In this document: piece after piece, positions 17,269 to 27,371 of the stretch
Position numbering within the stretch: the stretch's first letter is position 1
How the letters are laid out: every line of letters begins with the position of its first letter
Virus record (IMG/VR): IMGVR_UViG_3300023202_000034
Span: 1-64,000 of that record
Source: a virus
Strand: one strand, 5' to 3'
Length of the DNA stretch: 64,000 nt
Notes under the pieces: generated by a model
The model's input: the letters and a program-made list of their open reading frames with translations, nothing else
Told to the model about the DNA's origin: nothing
Databases searched by the model: none
Program-made: the position numbers and the translations under genes

Positions 17269-19876
17269 GGGCTTCGATCTCGCCCAGGCCTTGAAGGTTG
17301 AGGATTACCTCAATCGGGTGAATTACAGCGTACCGGCCAATTATGTGCCGTCCACTTTTGCACTGGAGTTCGTCAGCTTTATCAAGCTGGTAAACGGAGC
17401 GGATGGGGAAGAGAACAAGACCCCTCTGGTGCATTACTACATGCTGGATACCATGGTGTGTGGTAACCGACGAATTGCCAACCTGTGTCACCGGGGCATT
17501 GCGAAAACCACGGTCATGGGTGAATACCTGATTCTCTACATTGCCACCTATGGTTCTATTCCTGAGTTTGGGGAAGTGGATCTTGCGCTGTACGTGTCGG
17601 ACTCCATTGAGAACGGTGTGAAGAACATGCGCAAGAACTTGGAGTACCGTTGGGAGAACTCTGATTTTCTGCGTGAATACGTTCCCCATAAGCACTTCAC
17701 TGATATCCGGTGGGAGTTCAAGAACGCTGATGGCAAGCTGTTCATCGTCAAAGGGTACGGTGCCAAGGCCCTATCTCTCGATAGCGTGTTGTACACTGCT
17801 ACAGGTACAACAACGATAGGGGAGTGTCAGGTAGGTGATGAAATCTACGGTCCCGATGGGAAACTAACAACGATTACCCGCAAGAGTGAGGTTTTCGACA
17901 AGCCCATGTACCGCCTGACCTTGAGGGATGGTCGCTCTATCAAGGTGTCCGAAGACCATATCAACTCCGTGGTCATCAACACCAACCCCAATAACACAGT
18001 TCGACTGGAAGACGTTGACCTCACAACAAAGGAACTCCTGAACCAACCACTGGTTCATACGAAGAAAGGCAATACCCGGCATCGAGGCACGTCCAGCAAG
18101 AGCCTGGTATTTGTCCGCAACACAGCACCTTTGGTTTATCCCGTCAAAGATCTTCCTGTAGATCCGTACACGCTTGGGGTTATTCTTGGGGACGGACGAA
18201 TCCAGAAACCTTCCTGTTCAGTAGAACTAACCACGCACATAGACGATCTACCTACATACCAGCAAAACATTCCGTATGCGTTTGGCAAGGGACGCTTCGA
18301 CAAGCGCAACCCGAAAACATGGACACAGTCCATCCGTGGGCTTGGTTCTTCATTAAGGGCTTTGGGCTTGGGTGTACATGGTAACGACAAGTTCATCCCT
18401 GAAGAGTATTTTCAGGGGTCGGTTGAACAACGCCTGTCTTTGCTTCAAGGATTAATGGACACAGACGGTACAGTTTCTAAAACAGGTCGTACCTCATTCT
18501 GTAGTGTTTCACCTCAATTGCTTGCAGATACTGAACGGCTGGTCCGTTCGTTGGGCGGTACAGCACAACGGAGTAAGAAACCTTACTGTAGTGAGTTCTG
18601 GCTCAATGAGATGTTGTTCCGTTTACCTCGTAAACAAGATCGTCAACGGTTTGACCGTAAAGCCGATATGGTGGCCGTTGAGTCCATCAATCGTATTGCT
18701 GATGAACCTAGTCAGTGTATTGCGGTGGATAATGAGCAACGGCAGTTTCTAACCGATAACTACTTCCGTACGCACAACACCGGTGTACGGGGTGCCAAGG
18801 AATTGGGTAAACGGCCCCAGCTGGCCCTGCTTGATGACTTGATCTCAGATGAGGATGCCCGGTCAGCAACGGTCATTGCCGCGGTAGAGGATACCGTCTA
18901 CAAGGCGGTGGAATACGCCCTGCACCCGAAGAAGAACATGATGATTTGGTCGGGTACACCGTTTAACGCCCGGGACCCTCTGTATAAAGCTGTGGAGTCT
19001 GGTGCCTGGGCAGTCAATGTGTTCCCGGTTTGTGAAGCGTTTCCGTGTACCCGAGAAGAATTCCGGGGTTCCTGGCCAGACCGTTTCACCTATGACTATG
19101 TGAAGGAACAATACGAGAAGGCCCGCAAGCTGGGGAAAGTGGACACCTTCAACCAGGAATTGATGCTCCGGATTATGTCCGATGAAGATCGGGTAATTCT
19201 GGAACACGATATCCAGTGGTACCGGTTGCGTAATGTTCTGGATAACAAGCACCGTTTCAACTTCTACATCACCACCGACTTTGCCACGTCAGGTAAGCAG
19301 GGCGCGGATTTCTCGGTGATCAGCGTGTGGGCTTACAACAACAACGGGGATTGGTTGTACGTCGACGGTGTCTGTGCCCGCCAAACCATGGACAAGAATA
19401 TCAATGACCTGTTCCGTCTGGCTTCGATTTACCGACCCCAGTCTGTGGGTATTGAAGTCTCCGGTCAGCAGGCTGGTTTCATTCCCTGGATTCAGAATGA
19501 GATGTTGTCCCGGAACGTCTACTTCCCACTGGCCACGGAGGGCAATAAAGGGGCCCCCGGTATCCGTCCGTCAACCAACAAGATGGAACGGTTCAACATC
19601 ATGGTTCCGGTAATCAAGATGCATAAGCTGTTCTTCCCGGAGGAACTCAAAGCCAGCCCCATGTTGCTGGAAGCTATGGATGAAATCATGCTGGTTTCCC
19701 CGGGAGGGATGAAGTCTAAGCATGACGATTTCCTGGATACCATTTCCATGCTTGCAAATATGCCGGCCTGGCGCCCAACAGAGACTGGGGACCTGGTACA
19801 ACAGAGTTCAGACAGTCTGTGGGATCTGGACGACGTAGAAGAAGAGCACGATTCACTCAGTTCGTACATCGTTTGA
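17261..19876 (+). CDS. terL: Terminase large subunit containing an intein (534 aa after splicing)
   Basis: CHRGIAKTT, GVRG, LLDDL, SGTPF, TTDFA, KHDDFLD. Confidence 0.93.
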   Translation: MSEGFDLAQALKVEDYLNRVNYSVPANYVPSTFALEFVSFIKLVNGADGEENKTPLVHYYMLDTMVCGNRRIANLCHRGIAKTTVMGEYLILYIATYGSIPEFGEVDLALYVSDSIENGVKNMRKNLEYRWENSDFLREYVPHKHFTDIRWEFKNADGKLFIVKGYGAKALSLDSVLYTATGTTTIGECQVGDEIYGPDGKLTTITRKSEVFDKPMYRLTLRDGRSIKVSEDHINSVVINTNPNNTVRLEDVDLTTKELLNQPLVHTKKGNTRHRGTSSKSLVFVRNTAPLVYPVKDLPVDPYTLGVILGDGRIQKPSCSVELTTHIDDLPTYQQNIPYAFGKGRFDKRNPKTWTQSIRGLGSSLRALGLGVHGNDKFIPEEYFQGSVEQRLSLLQGLMDTDGTVSKTGRTSFCSVSPQLLADTERLVRSLGGTAQRSKKPYCSEFWLNEMLFRLPRKQDRQRFDRKADMVAVESINRIADEPSQCIAVDNEQRQFLTDNYFRTHNTGVRGAKELGKRPQLALLDDLISDEDARSATVIAAVEDTVYKAVEYALHPKKNMMIWSGTPFNARDPLYKAVESGAWAVNVFPVCEAFPCTREEFRGSWPDRFTYDYVKEQYEKARKLGKVDTFNQELMLRIMSDEDRVILEHDIQWYRLRNVLDNKHRFNFYITTDFATSGKQGADFSVISVWAYNNNGDWLYVDGVCARQTMDKNINDLFRLASIYRPQSVGIEVSGQQAGFIPWIQNEMLSRNVYFPLATEGNKGAPGIRPSTNKMERFNIMVPVIKMHKLFFPEELKASPMLLEAMDEIMLVSPGGMKSKHDDFLDTISMLANMPAWRPTETGDLVQQSSDSLWDLDDVEEEHDSLSSYIV
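17768..18778 (+). mobile_element. Ala-start (class 3-like) intein with LAGLIDADG endonuclease, 337 aa
   Basis: GYGAK|ALSLDS...QCIAVD...RTHN|TGVRG; LGVILGDG and LQGLMDTDG. Confidence 0.9.
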
Positions 19877-19886
19877 GGACAAACCT

Positions 19887-20618
19887 ATGACGCTTCAAGA
19901 AATTTTCGATCAACTTGCCTACGGGGAACTGTCCCAACTGTACGTAAGCGGTGACTCAACCACGGAAGGAATGCGGGAAGCAGACAAACCTCGCATGATT
20001 GCCCACATTCAACTGGCTTTAACGGCGCTACATAAGCGGTTTCTGCTGAAAGAAGGGCACTTCACCATCCCACTGACTGCGGGGAAGAGCACTTACGTAC
20101 TCAAAAGCGCGTTTGCCCAGAGTAATACCGAGTCGGCAGAGCCTATCAAGTACATTGACGATACAGAACGCCCATTTAAGGACGATCTGCTGAAGGTAGA
20201 GCGGGTAATCGACAACTTTGGTAACGAACTGACCCTTAATAAGGTCGGAGATCCGCTGGCATTGCGTACTCCATCGTTTAATACCCTCGTTGTTCCTGAC
20301 TTCAAGGAGCTTCCGGAGGAAGCCAGACCATCCTCACTCAAAATTTACTACAGAGCGGACCATCCCAAGATCAATCCGATCATTGGTCAGTATGTGTCCT
20401 TTACAGAAGAGGTTGATCTACCTATTACGCACCTTGAACCATTGCTTTACTTCGTAGCCAGCCGGGTTATGAACCCTGTTGGTATCTCCGGTGAGTTTCA
20501 CGAGGGCAATAACTACGCAGCTAAGTATGAACAGGCCTGTCAGGTACTGGAAATGCAAGGCTTCGAGATTGATGACGGTGGGGAACGTACAAGGTTTGAA
20601 TCTAATGGGTGGTGTTAA
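19887..20618 (+). CDS. N4 gp67-like virion adaptor protein
   Basis: LAYGELSQL...LTALHKRF...HLEPLLYFVASR; synteny. Confidence 0.8.
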   Translation: MTLQEIFDQLAYGELSQLYVSGDSTTEGMREADKPRMIAHIQLALTALHKRFLLKEGHFTIPLTAGKSTYVLKSAFAQSNTESAEPIKYIDDTERPFKDDLLKVERVIDNFGNELTLNKVGDPLALRTPSFNTLVVPDFKELPEEARPSSLKIYYRADHPKINPIIGQYVSFTEEVDLPITHLEPLLYFVASRVMNPVGISGEFHEGNNYAAKYEQACQVLEMQGFEIDDGGERTRFESNGWC

Positions 20619-20648
20619 ATAAAAGAGGGGGCGAAAGCCCCCTTATTA
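20619..20648. terminator. Bidirectional terminator between convergent genes
   Basis: AAAAGAGGGGGC-GAAA-GCCCCCTTATT. Confidence 0.7.
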
Positions 20649-20649
20649 G

Positions 20650-20892
20650 TTAGTCGTGTACAAAGTGCCTTTCACGGAATACCGCATCACGACAATGGTA
20701 GATATCCTTTTCATCCAGGTACACCACATAATCCCCTGGGAAGATCGTTTCATACGCTTTGAATACGTACTCTTTCCCCTCAATGAAAATGGCGTAAGTG
20801 CATTCACCCAGATCCTGAATATCATCGCCTGCTTTAACCCGATAAGCCGTGCGGATAACTGGTTTGCTTTCGTACTCTTTAAACCCTTCCAT
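20650..20892 (-). CDS. Hypothetical protein inverted within the late region
   Basis: 80 aa; AAGGA RBS; YESKPV...PGDYVVY...IYHC...F. Confidence 0.7.
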   Translation of the reverse strand: MEGFKEYESKPVIRTAYRVKAGDDIQDLGECTYAIFIEGKEYVFKAYETIFPGDYVVYLDEKDIYHCRDAVFRERHFVHD

Positions 20893-20984
20893 ATATAGTC
20901 CTTGGTTTGTGACTGTTATTCATTTGTGCAGTTCAATTTTTATTTCATTACTATGGATTGCAATTGAACACTGCCCGGGAATAA

Positions 20985-23162
20985 ATGTCTATGAATAACG
21001 AGACTACTATTACAGAGAACGATCTCGGAGATATTGAAGTTGAATGGAGTAATCCGCCAACTTTGATGGATCTAAAGAATGATTTGGAAGAAGCAACGCC
21101 ATATCACAGTGGACAAGTCCAACAAATAGATCACTGGTTGGACAACCTTAATGTAAAAGGCAAAGCCAAACCAAAATCAAAGAAAGGACGATCGGAAGTT
21201 CAGCCGCAACTTATCCGTAAACAGGCTGAGTGGCGATACGCGGCACTGTCTGAACCTTTCCTGAGTACCGATGACCTGTTTGAAGTGGCTCCCCGCACCT
21301 GGGAAGACACCTTGGCGGCAAAACAGAACAGCCTGGTCCTGAACCACCAGTTTAATGTCCGGATCAACAAGCAGAAGTTCATTGATGACTACGTTCGCAC
21401 CGGCGTTGACGAAGGAACCATCATTGTCCGGACGGGTTGGCAGTACGAAGAAGAGACCTACGAGGAAGAAGAACCGGTTGTTGCACTGGTTCCCAACCCT
21501 GGTATGGGTCAGCTCTTTGAAGAACTCAATGTTCTCAGGCAAACCAATCCCAATGAATACTTCACCATGGTTCCGGATGAGCTTCAGCGTGCGCACGAAG
21601 CCTACCTGGAAGAAGGGGTTGCTTACGAGCCACAGCTAACGGGTGAATCCGAGACCGTGGAACGTACCCGGGTGGTCAAGAACTGCCCGACTCTGGAAGT
21701 GGTGGACTATCACAACGCCTACATGGACCCCACCGCGCAAGGCGATGTTTCCAAGTCGAGTTTCTTTGTGTACAGCTTTGAATCGTCCAAGTCTCAACTT
21801 GAGAAAGACGGTCGCTATTTCAACTTGGACAAAATTAACCTTGAAGCCAATACGGTTGTCGGAGATCCGGACCATGCAGCGAGCACTGATGCGAGCAATT
21901 TCAATTTTAGGGACGCGCCCCGTAAAAAGTTTGTCGTTTATGAGTACTGGGGATTTTGGGATATTGATGGTACTGGTGTTGTTAAGCCTATTGTAGCCAG
22001 TTGGGTCGGTAACACTCTGATCCGCCTTGAAGAGAACCCTTACCCAGATAAACAGATTCCCTTTGTTGTTGTGCCCTACTTGCCGGTTCGTAAACAGAAC
22101 TACGGTGAGCCTGACGGTGCGTTGTTGGAAGACAACCAGAAGATCATTGGTGCCGTGACCCGAGGCATGATCGACATTCTCGGTCGCAGTGCCAACGGTC
22201 AGACCGGTATGCGCAAGGATATGCTGGACAGCACCAACAAGCGCAAGTTCGACCGGGGTGACGATTACGAGTTCAACCAGCACGTCGACCCACGGCAGGG
22301 CGTGCACATGCACACCTTCACCGAGATCCCTCAATCTGCCCAGTTCATGTTGCTGCAACAGAACCAGGAAGCGGAATCACTGACCGGTGTGAAAGCCTTC
22401 TCCAGTGGTATCTCAGGGGAAGCCCTGGGTGAGGTAGCTGCTGGTGTACGCGGTGCACTGGACGCAGCCTCCAAGCGAGAGCTTGGCATTCTCCGACGTC
22501 TGGCCAACGGCATGGTAGAGATCGGTAAGAAGATCGTCTCCATGAACGCTGTGTTTCTCTCTGAAGAAGAAGTGGTCCGGGTAACCAACGACCAGTTCGT
22601 TAAAGTCCGCAGAGAAGAACTATCCGGTGAGTTCGATCTGAAGCTGACTATCTCTACAGCAGAAGAAGACGAGAAGAAAGCACAAGAGTTGGCTTTCATG
22701 ATGCAAACCATGGGTCCAAATGTGGACTTTGGCATCATGAAACAAATGATGGGTAAGATATTCCGTCTTCGCAAAATGCCAGACCTGGCTAAACAGGTTG
22801 AAGAATACGAACCACAACCTGACCCCATGCAACAGCAAATACAACAGTTGGAAATGTTAAAACTCCAAGCTGAGATTGCTGAAATAAATGCAAATGCTGC
22901 AACAAAAGAAACCCAGGCAATACTTAATCAAGCCAAGTCTATTACTGAGCAGGCTAAAGCGCAGAATCTGGGCGCTGATACCGATCAGAAGTCATTGGAT
23001 TTCGTTGAGCAAGAGTCTGGTGTTAAACAAGAACGTGAGTTGCAGAAGCAAGGCGAACAAGCTCGCGCTAATATGCAATTAAAGGCGTTCGACCATAAGT
23101 TAAAACGTGAAGACGAAGTAAATAAGTCTTTTCTACAAAATTATTTGCAAAGTAATCCGTAA
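20985..23162 (+). CDS. Portal protein (N4 gp59-like)
   Basis: 725 aa; IRKQAEWRYAALSEPFL, YEYWG, ESLTGVKAF. Confidence 0.92.
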   Translation: MSMNNETTITENDLGDIEVEWSNPPTLMDLKNDLEEATPYHSGQVQQIDHWLDNLNVKGKAKPKSKKGRSEVQPQLIRKQAEWRYAALSEPFLSTDDLFEVAPRTWEDTLAAKQNSLVLNHQFNVRINKQKFIDDYVRTGVDEGTIIVRTGWQYEEETYEEEEPVVALVPNPGMGQLFEELNVLRQTNPNEYFTMVPDELQRAHEAYLEEGVAYEPQLTGESETVERTRVVKNCPTLEVVDYHNAYMDPTAQGDVSKSSFFVYSFESSKSQLEKDGRYFNLDKINLEANTVVGDPDHAASTDASNFNFRDAPRKKFVVYEYWGFWDIDGTGVVKPIVASWVGNTLIRLEENPYPDKQIPFVVVPYLPVRKQNYGEPDGALLEDNQKIIGAVTRGMIDILGRSANGQTGMRKDMLDSTNKRKFDRGDDYEFNQHVDPRQGVHMHTFTEIPQSAQFMLLQQNQEAESLTGVKAFSSGISGEALGEVAAGVRGALDAASKRELGILRRLANGMVEIGKKIVSMNAVFLSEEEVVRVTNDQFVKVRREELSGEFDLKLTISTAEEDEKKAQELAFMMQTMGPNVDFGIMKQMMGKIFRLRKMPDLAKQVEEYEPQPDPMQQQIQQLEMLKLQAEIAEINANAATKETQAILNQAKSITEQAKAQNLGADTDQKSLDFVEQESGVKQERELQKQGEQARANMQLKAFDHKLKREDEVNKSFLQNYLQSNP

Positions 23163-23232
23163 AACCGTTTTATATACGTTTAAAGCCCACGTATGTGGGC
23201 CCTTTAATTAAATAACCAACGCGGAAGTACTT

Positions 23233-23577
23233 ATGAGCACCAATGAAATCCAAGAGATTGAACTGAACATTAAAGAAGCCAAGAAGTTTGTTGACCTGGG
23301 TAAATCACTCGAGCGTCTTCAATCCAATCGTGACTTCAAAAAGGTGGTTGAAGAAAGCTTCTTCAAAGACGAAGCGGTTCGTCTGGTTCACCTGAAGTCC
23401 AATCCTGCGATGCAACGTCCCGAGCAACAGGCTGCTGTTGATTCGGACATTCGTGCCATTGGTACCTTTGCCCAGTTCCTCGACACCATCTACATGCGTG
23501 CCGATCACGCAGCCAAGGCGATTGAAGCCGACGAAGAATCGCTGGAAGAACTTCGTGCAGAGGGTGCTGAAGAATGA
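23233..23577 (+). CDS. N4 gp58-like protein
   Basis: ERLQSNRDFKKV...EAVRLVHLK; synteny. Confidence 0.78.
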   Translation: MSTNEIQEIELNIKEAKKFVDLGKSLERLQSNRDFKKVVEESFFKDEAVRLVHLKSNPAMQRPEQQAAVDSDIRAIGTFAQFLDTIYMRADHAAKAIEADEESLEELRAEGAEE

Positions 23578-24755
23578 GTGAGACAGCCGTAGACAACGCG
23601 CAGTCTGCCGGGGAACTCCCGGACATTTACTCCATGAGTGACGAGGAACTGATGAACCTCGATCCGAGCCAGTTTAATGAGTATGAGGCTCATGAGCAGG
23701 AGGACGTGTCCGAGGAACCCCCGGCAGACGAGGCAGTAGACGCAGAGGATGCGGACGACCTTCTCACTGACGATCCCGGTGAAGAGGAAGAGACCGAGGC
23801 AGACGACGCCGGCGAAGCCGAAGCGGAGGAAGCCGAGGAATCAGAAAACGAAGAAGAAGGTGAGACCGAATCCGAAGAAGGTGAGGAAGAAAAGGACGAG
23901 AAAGAAGAGTCCGACACCACGGATTACGAAGCGGAGTACAAGAAGATCCTGGCTCCGTTCAAGGCCAACGGTAAAGAGATGCAAGTCGAGTCTGTTGACG
24001 AGGCCATCCAGCTTATGCAGATGGGTGCCAACTACAACAAAAAGATGAGCGCTCTTAAACCGCACCTGAAAACTCTGAAGGTACTGGAAAAGAATAGCCT
24101 TCTGAGTGATGACAAGATTGGTTTCCTGGTAGACCTCGCTAACCGCGATCCCAAAGCCATTGGAAAACTGATCAAGGACAGTGGGCTCGACCCACTGGAT
24201 ATGGATGTTGAAGCAAGCAGTGACTATGTCCCGAAGAAGCATACGGTCAGTGACCAGGAACTTGCTTTGGATGATGTTCTGGATTCCATTCAGGATTCAG
24301 CCAAGTACAGCGAGACTGTGGAACTGGTCAGGCAATGGGACGAGCCCAGCAAGAAAGCCGCGGCAGAAGCTCCTCAACTGCTACAGGTCATTAACCAACA
24401 CATGGAAAACGGTGTGTATGGCGTGATCAGCACGGAGCTTGAACGTCAACGTGTGCTGGGGAAATTGAACGGTTTGTCTGATCTGGAAGCGTACAAGCAG
24501 GTTGGTGACAGCATTCAAGAGCGAGGTGGTTTTGACCATCTGTTTGCCAAGGAAGAGCAGAGGCAACAAGACCCCACGCCAGCGAAGCGACTCCCACCCA
24601 AGCAGAAGCGAGAAGATCCCAAGCTGAAGGAAAAGCGGCGTGCTGCAGCTCCGAGCAAAGGTGCACCCGCTAAGTCGAAGATCCCGGCGGATTTCAATCC
24701 CCTGGCGATGTCCGACGAAGAGTTTGAGAAACACTTTAACCAAAAACTTCTGTGA
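23574..24755 (+). CDS. N4 gp57-like protein (probable scaffold)
   Basis: Acidic N-terminus, APFKANGK, LMQMGANY, NPLAMSDEEF; precedes the capsid gene. Confidence 0.82.
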   Translation: MSETAVDNAQSAGELPDIYSMSDEELMNLDPSQFNEYEAHEQEDVSEEPPADEAVDAEDADDLLTDDPGEEEETEADDAGEAEAEEAEESENEEEGETESEEGEEEKDEKEESDTTDYEAEYKKILAPFKANGKEMQVESVDEAIQLMQMGANYNKKMSALKPHLKTLKVLEKNSLLSDDKIGFLVDLANRDPKAIGKLIKDSGLDPLDMDVEASSDYVPKKHTVSDQELALDDVLDSIQDSAKYSETVELVRQWDEPSKKAAAEAPQLLQVINQHMENGVYGVISTELERQRVLGKLNGLSDLEAYKQVGDSIQERGGFDHLFAKEEQRQQDPTPAKRLPPKQKREDPKLKEKRRAAAPSKGAPAKSKIPADFNPLAMSDEEFEKHFNQKLL

Positions 24756-24771
24756 TATTTAAGGATAGCTT

Positions 24772-25941
24772 ATGAGTCGTCAATATAACGATCCCGCTGG
24801 TGGTTCCCCGTCTAACATCGGTAACCAGTTCAATGAATTCTACTGGCAGAAGCAGGCCCTGATTGAAGCCAAAAAGGAGCAGTACTTCTCTCCGCTGGCG
24901 GATACCACGGCTATGCCGAAGCACTTCGGTAAGAAGATCAAAAAGTACCACTACCTGCCGCTGCTCGACGACGCCAACGTCAATGACCAGGGTATCGACG
25001 CCTCCGGTGCGACCATTGCCAATGGTAACCTTTACGGTTCCAGCAAGGATATCGGCACCATCCCGGGCAAGATGCCTGTGCTGTCTGAAACTGGCGGTCG
25101 TGTTAACCGTGTTGGTTTCAAGCGTAAGGAACTGGAAGGTTCCATCGAGAAGTTCGGCTTCTTCGATGAGTACACCCAGGAGTCCATGGACTTCGATACC
25201 GATGCGGACCTGATGCAGCACATCAACCGCGAAATGGTATTCGGTGCCAACGAAATGACCGAAGACCTTCTGCAGATTGACCTGATCAACTCTGCTGGTC
25301 TCATCAAGTTCGCCGGTGCTGCCACTGACGTACCTGAAGTGAACGCTACTGCTGTCGTGACTTACAGCGACCTGCTGCGTCTGTCTATCGACCTGGACAA
25401 CAACCGCACACCGAAGATGACCAAGGTTGTGACCGGTACCCGTCTGGTGGATACCAAAACCATCCCGGCCGCTCGTGTCATGTACATCGGTTCCGAGCTG
25501 CAGCCGACCATCGAAGCGATGACCGACCTGCACGGCAATCCGGCCTTCATCCCGGTTCAGAAGTACGCCGCTGGCGGCACTGTCCTGAACGGTGAGATCG
25601 GTACCGTGGGTTACTTCCGCATCGTGGTTGTGCCCGAGATGATGAAGTGGGAAGCCGCTGGTGCGGATGCGACTGGTAACGACACTCACTGGGCCACTGC
25701 AAACAAGTTCGACGTGTTCCCGATGCTGGTTGTAGGTGATGGCTCCTTCACCACCATTGGCTTCCTGACCGATGGTAAGACTGTGAAGTTCAAGATCACC
25801 CACAAGAAGCCGGGTACTGAGACTGCTGACCGCAATGATCCGTATGGCGAAATAGGCTTTATGTCCATCAAGTGGTACTACGGCTTCATGGTTCTGCGTC
25901 CTGAGCGTCTGGCTGTGCAGTACACCGCTGCCACCCTTTGA
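24772..25941 (+). CDS. Major capsid protein (N4 gp56-like)
   Basis: [50 protein letters not shown]. Confidence 0.95.
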   Translation: MSRQYNDPAGGSPSNIGNQFNEFYWQKQALIEAKKEQYFSPLADTTAMPKHFGKKIKKYHYLPLLDDANVNDQGIDASGATIANGNLYGSSKDIGTIPGKMPVLSETGGRVNRVGFKRKELEGSIEKFGFFDEYTQESMDFDTDADLMQHINREMVFGANEMTEDLLQIDLINSAGLIKFAGAATDVPEVNATAVVTYSDLLRLSIDLDNNRTPKMTKVVTGTRLVDTKTIPAARVMYIGSELQPTIEAMTDLHGNPAFIPVQKYAAGGTVLNGEIGTVGYFRIVVVPEMMKWEAAGADATGNDTHWATANKFDVFPMLVVGDGSFTTIGFLTDGKTVKFKITHKKPGTETADRNDPYGEIGFMSIKWYYGFMVLRPERLAVQYTAATL

Positions 25942-26012
25942 GGGTAGTAGTTAAGCGGTAACCGGGAGGGGTCGAAAGGCCCCTTCCAATCCAAACCAAG
26001 AGAAGGCATCCC

Positions 26013-26555
26013 ATGAGCGAAGTTGAAAACGTAGTAGACACCCAGGAATCCGAACTTGAAGCACTGAAGCTGCGTGCAGACCAGCTTGGCCTCAAGTACC
26101 ACCCCAGCATTGGCCTGGAGAAACTCCGTGAAAAGGTCAACGAAGAATTGAACAAACCCACCGAAGGCGTAGAAGGCGGCGACGTCTCTCATGCTGCGGT
26201 GAACAAAGGTGCACGGAATGAAGCCCTGGCTCTGAAGCGAGTGCGCATTACCTGCATGAACCCCAACAAAAAGGAATGGGAAGGCGAAGTATTCTGCGCC
26301 GGCAACTCCCAGATCGGTACCGTTCGAAAGATGGTCCCCTTTGAAGCGGAATTCCACGTTCCAGACATTCTGCTGAAGATGATCAAGCGCCGGATGTACC
26401 AAACCTTCGTGACGGTAAAAACCCCGAACGGCGGTAAGATCAAGCGCGGCAAGCTGGTTCGTGAATTCGCCGTGGAAGAGCTCGAGCCTCTGACGGAGAA
26501 AGAGCTGGCGGAACTGAAGCAGCGTCAGTTGATGGCAGCCGGTCAGGCTGAGTAA
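26013..26555 (+). CDS. N4 gp55-like protein
   Basis: LKLRADQLG.KYHPSIG, RITCMNPNK; synteny. Confidence 0.8.
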   Translation: MSEVENVVDTQESELEALKLRADQLGLKYHPSIGLEKLREKVNEELNKPTEGVEGGDVSHAAVNKGARNEALALKRVRITCMNPNKKEWEGEVFCAGNSQIGTVRKMVPFEAEFHVPDILLKMIKRRMYQTFVTVKTPNGGKIKRGKLVREFAVEELEPLTEKELAELKQRQLMAAGQAE

Positions 26556-26577
26556 CGGGTAACCCAGGGTAGACAGT

Positions 26578-27306
26578 ATGACGTCAGTGACATTAGATCA
26601 GCTTACCGAGTCTAAAATTGAAGGTACCGGTGTCTTCGACAAACTCATGCAAGCGGTGGAAGCGCACATTCACCAGGAGTTTGGGAAGAACCGGATCAAG
26701 GGCCCGGAGTACTCGACTGTCTACCTTGGGGCTCTTCAGAGCACCCTGGATCAGTCGATCCGCTTTCTGTTGGATAAAGACGATGCCTTGCTCAAAGCCA
26801 AACAGGCAGAGTTGATTGATAAACAGATCGAAGAACTTACCGCTCGGATTGCGTTGATCCAACAGCAGACCGCGAATGCGTTGACCGAAAACGCCACCAT
26901 GCTCAAACAGCAGGACAAGCTGGATGCAGAAGTAGCATTGATCGGTGCACAGAAACTGAAGACCGATGAAGAAATTTTGAGTCTGCAGGAAGGTCAGCTT
27001 AAAACCGCAGCTGAAACTGCACTCCTGGATCAGAAGAAAGTCACTGAAGAGGCCCAGATTTCGGGTGAGGGTGTGGACGCTGATTCAGTCATCGGCAAGC
27101 AGAAAGCACTTTATCAGGCACAGTCTGATGGGTATGAGAAAGATGCTCAGCAGAAAGCCGTGAAGCAAATGCTGGACACCTGGAACGTACGTAAAACAGC
27201 AGACCCCTTCGGTACTGTCGAAACTCCTGATACCAAGCTGGAACCTCTATACATTGGACGTGCTGTAACCAAACTCATGGAAGGTATTGGCGTTGATATG
27301 AGCTAA
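26578..27306 (+). CDS. N4 gp54-like tail/structural protein
   Basis: GTGVFDKLM...EFGKNRIKGPEY; coiled coil. Confidence 0.8.
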   Translation: MTSVTLDQLTESKIEGTGVFDKLMQAVEAHIHQEFGKNRIKGPEYSTVYLGALQSTLDQSIRFLLDKDDALLKAKQAELIDKQIEELTARIALIQQQTANALTENATMLKQQDKLDAEVALIGAQKLKTDEEILSLQEGQLKTAAETALLDQKKVTEEAQISGEGVDADSVIGKQKALYQAQSDGYEKDAQQKAVKQMLDTWNVRKTADPFGTVETPDTKLEPLYIGRAVTKLMEGIGVDMS

Positions 27307-27330
27307 GTCCCTGAACAGGGTGTGTAAACG

Positions 27331-27357
27331 AAGGACAGCTCCGGCTGTCCTTTTTTG
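27331..27357 (+). terminator. Intrinsic terminator
   Basis: AAGGACAGC-TCCG-GCTGTCCTT then T tract. Confidence 0.8.
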
Positions 27358-27371
27358 TAAGAGGGCACGGT

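Noticed and set aside
24736-25803. 355-aa antisense ORF over the capsid gene (likewise 12537-13514, 49017-50036, 3665-4432, 45466-46200)
   Set aside because: Shadow ORFs caused by strong codon bias of the real gene on the other strand; no recognisable motifs.
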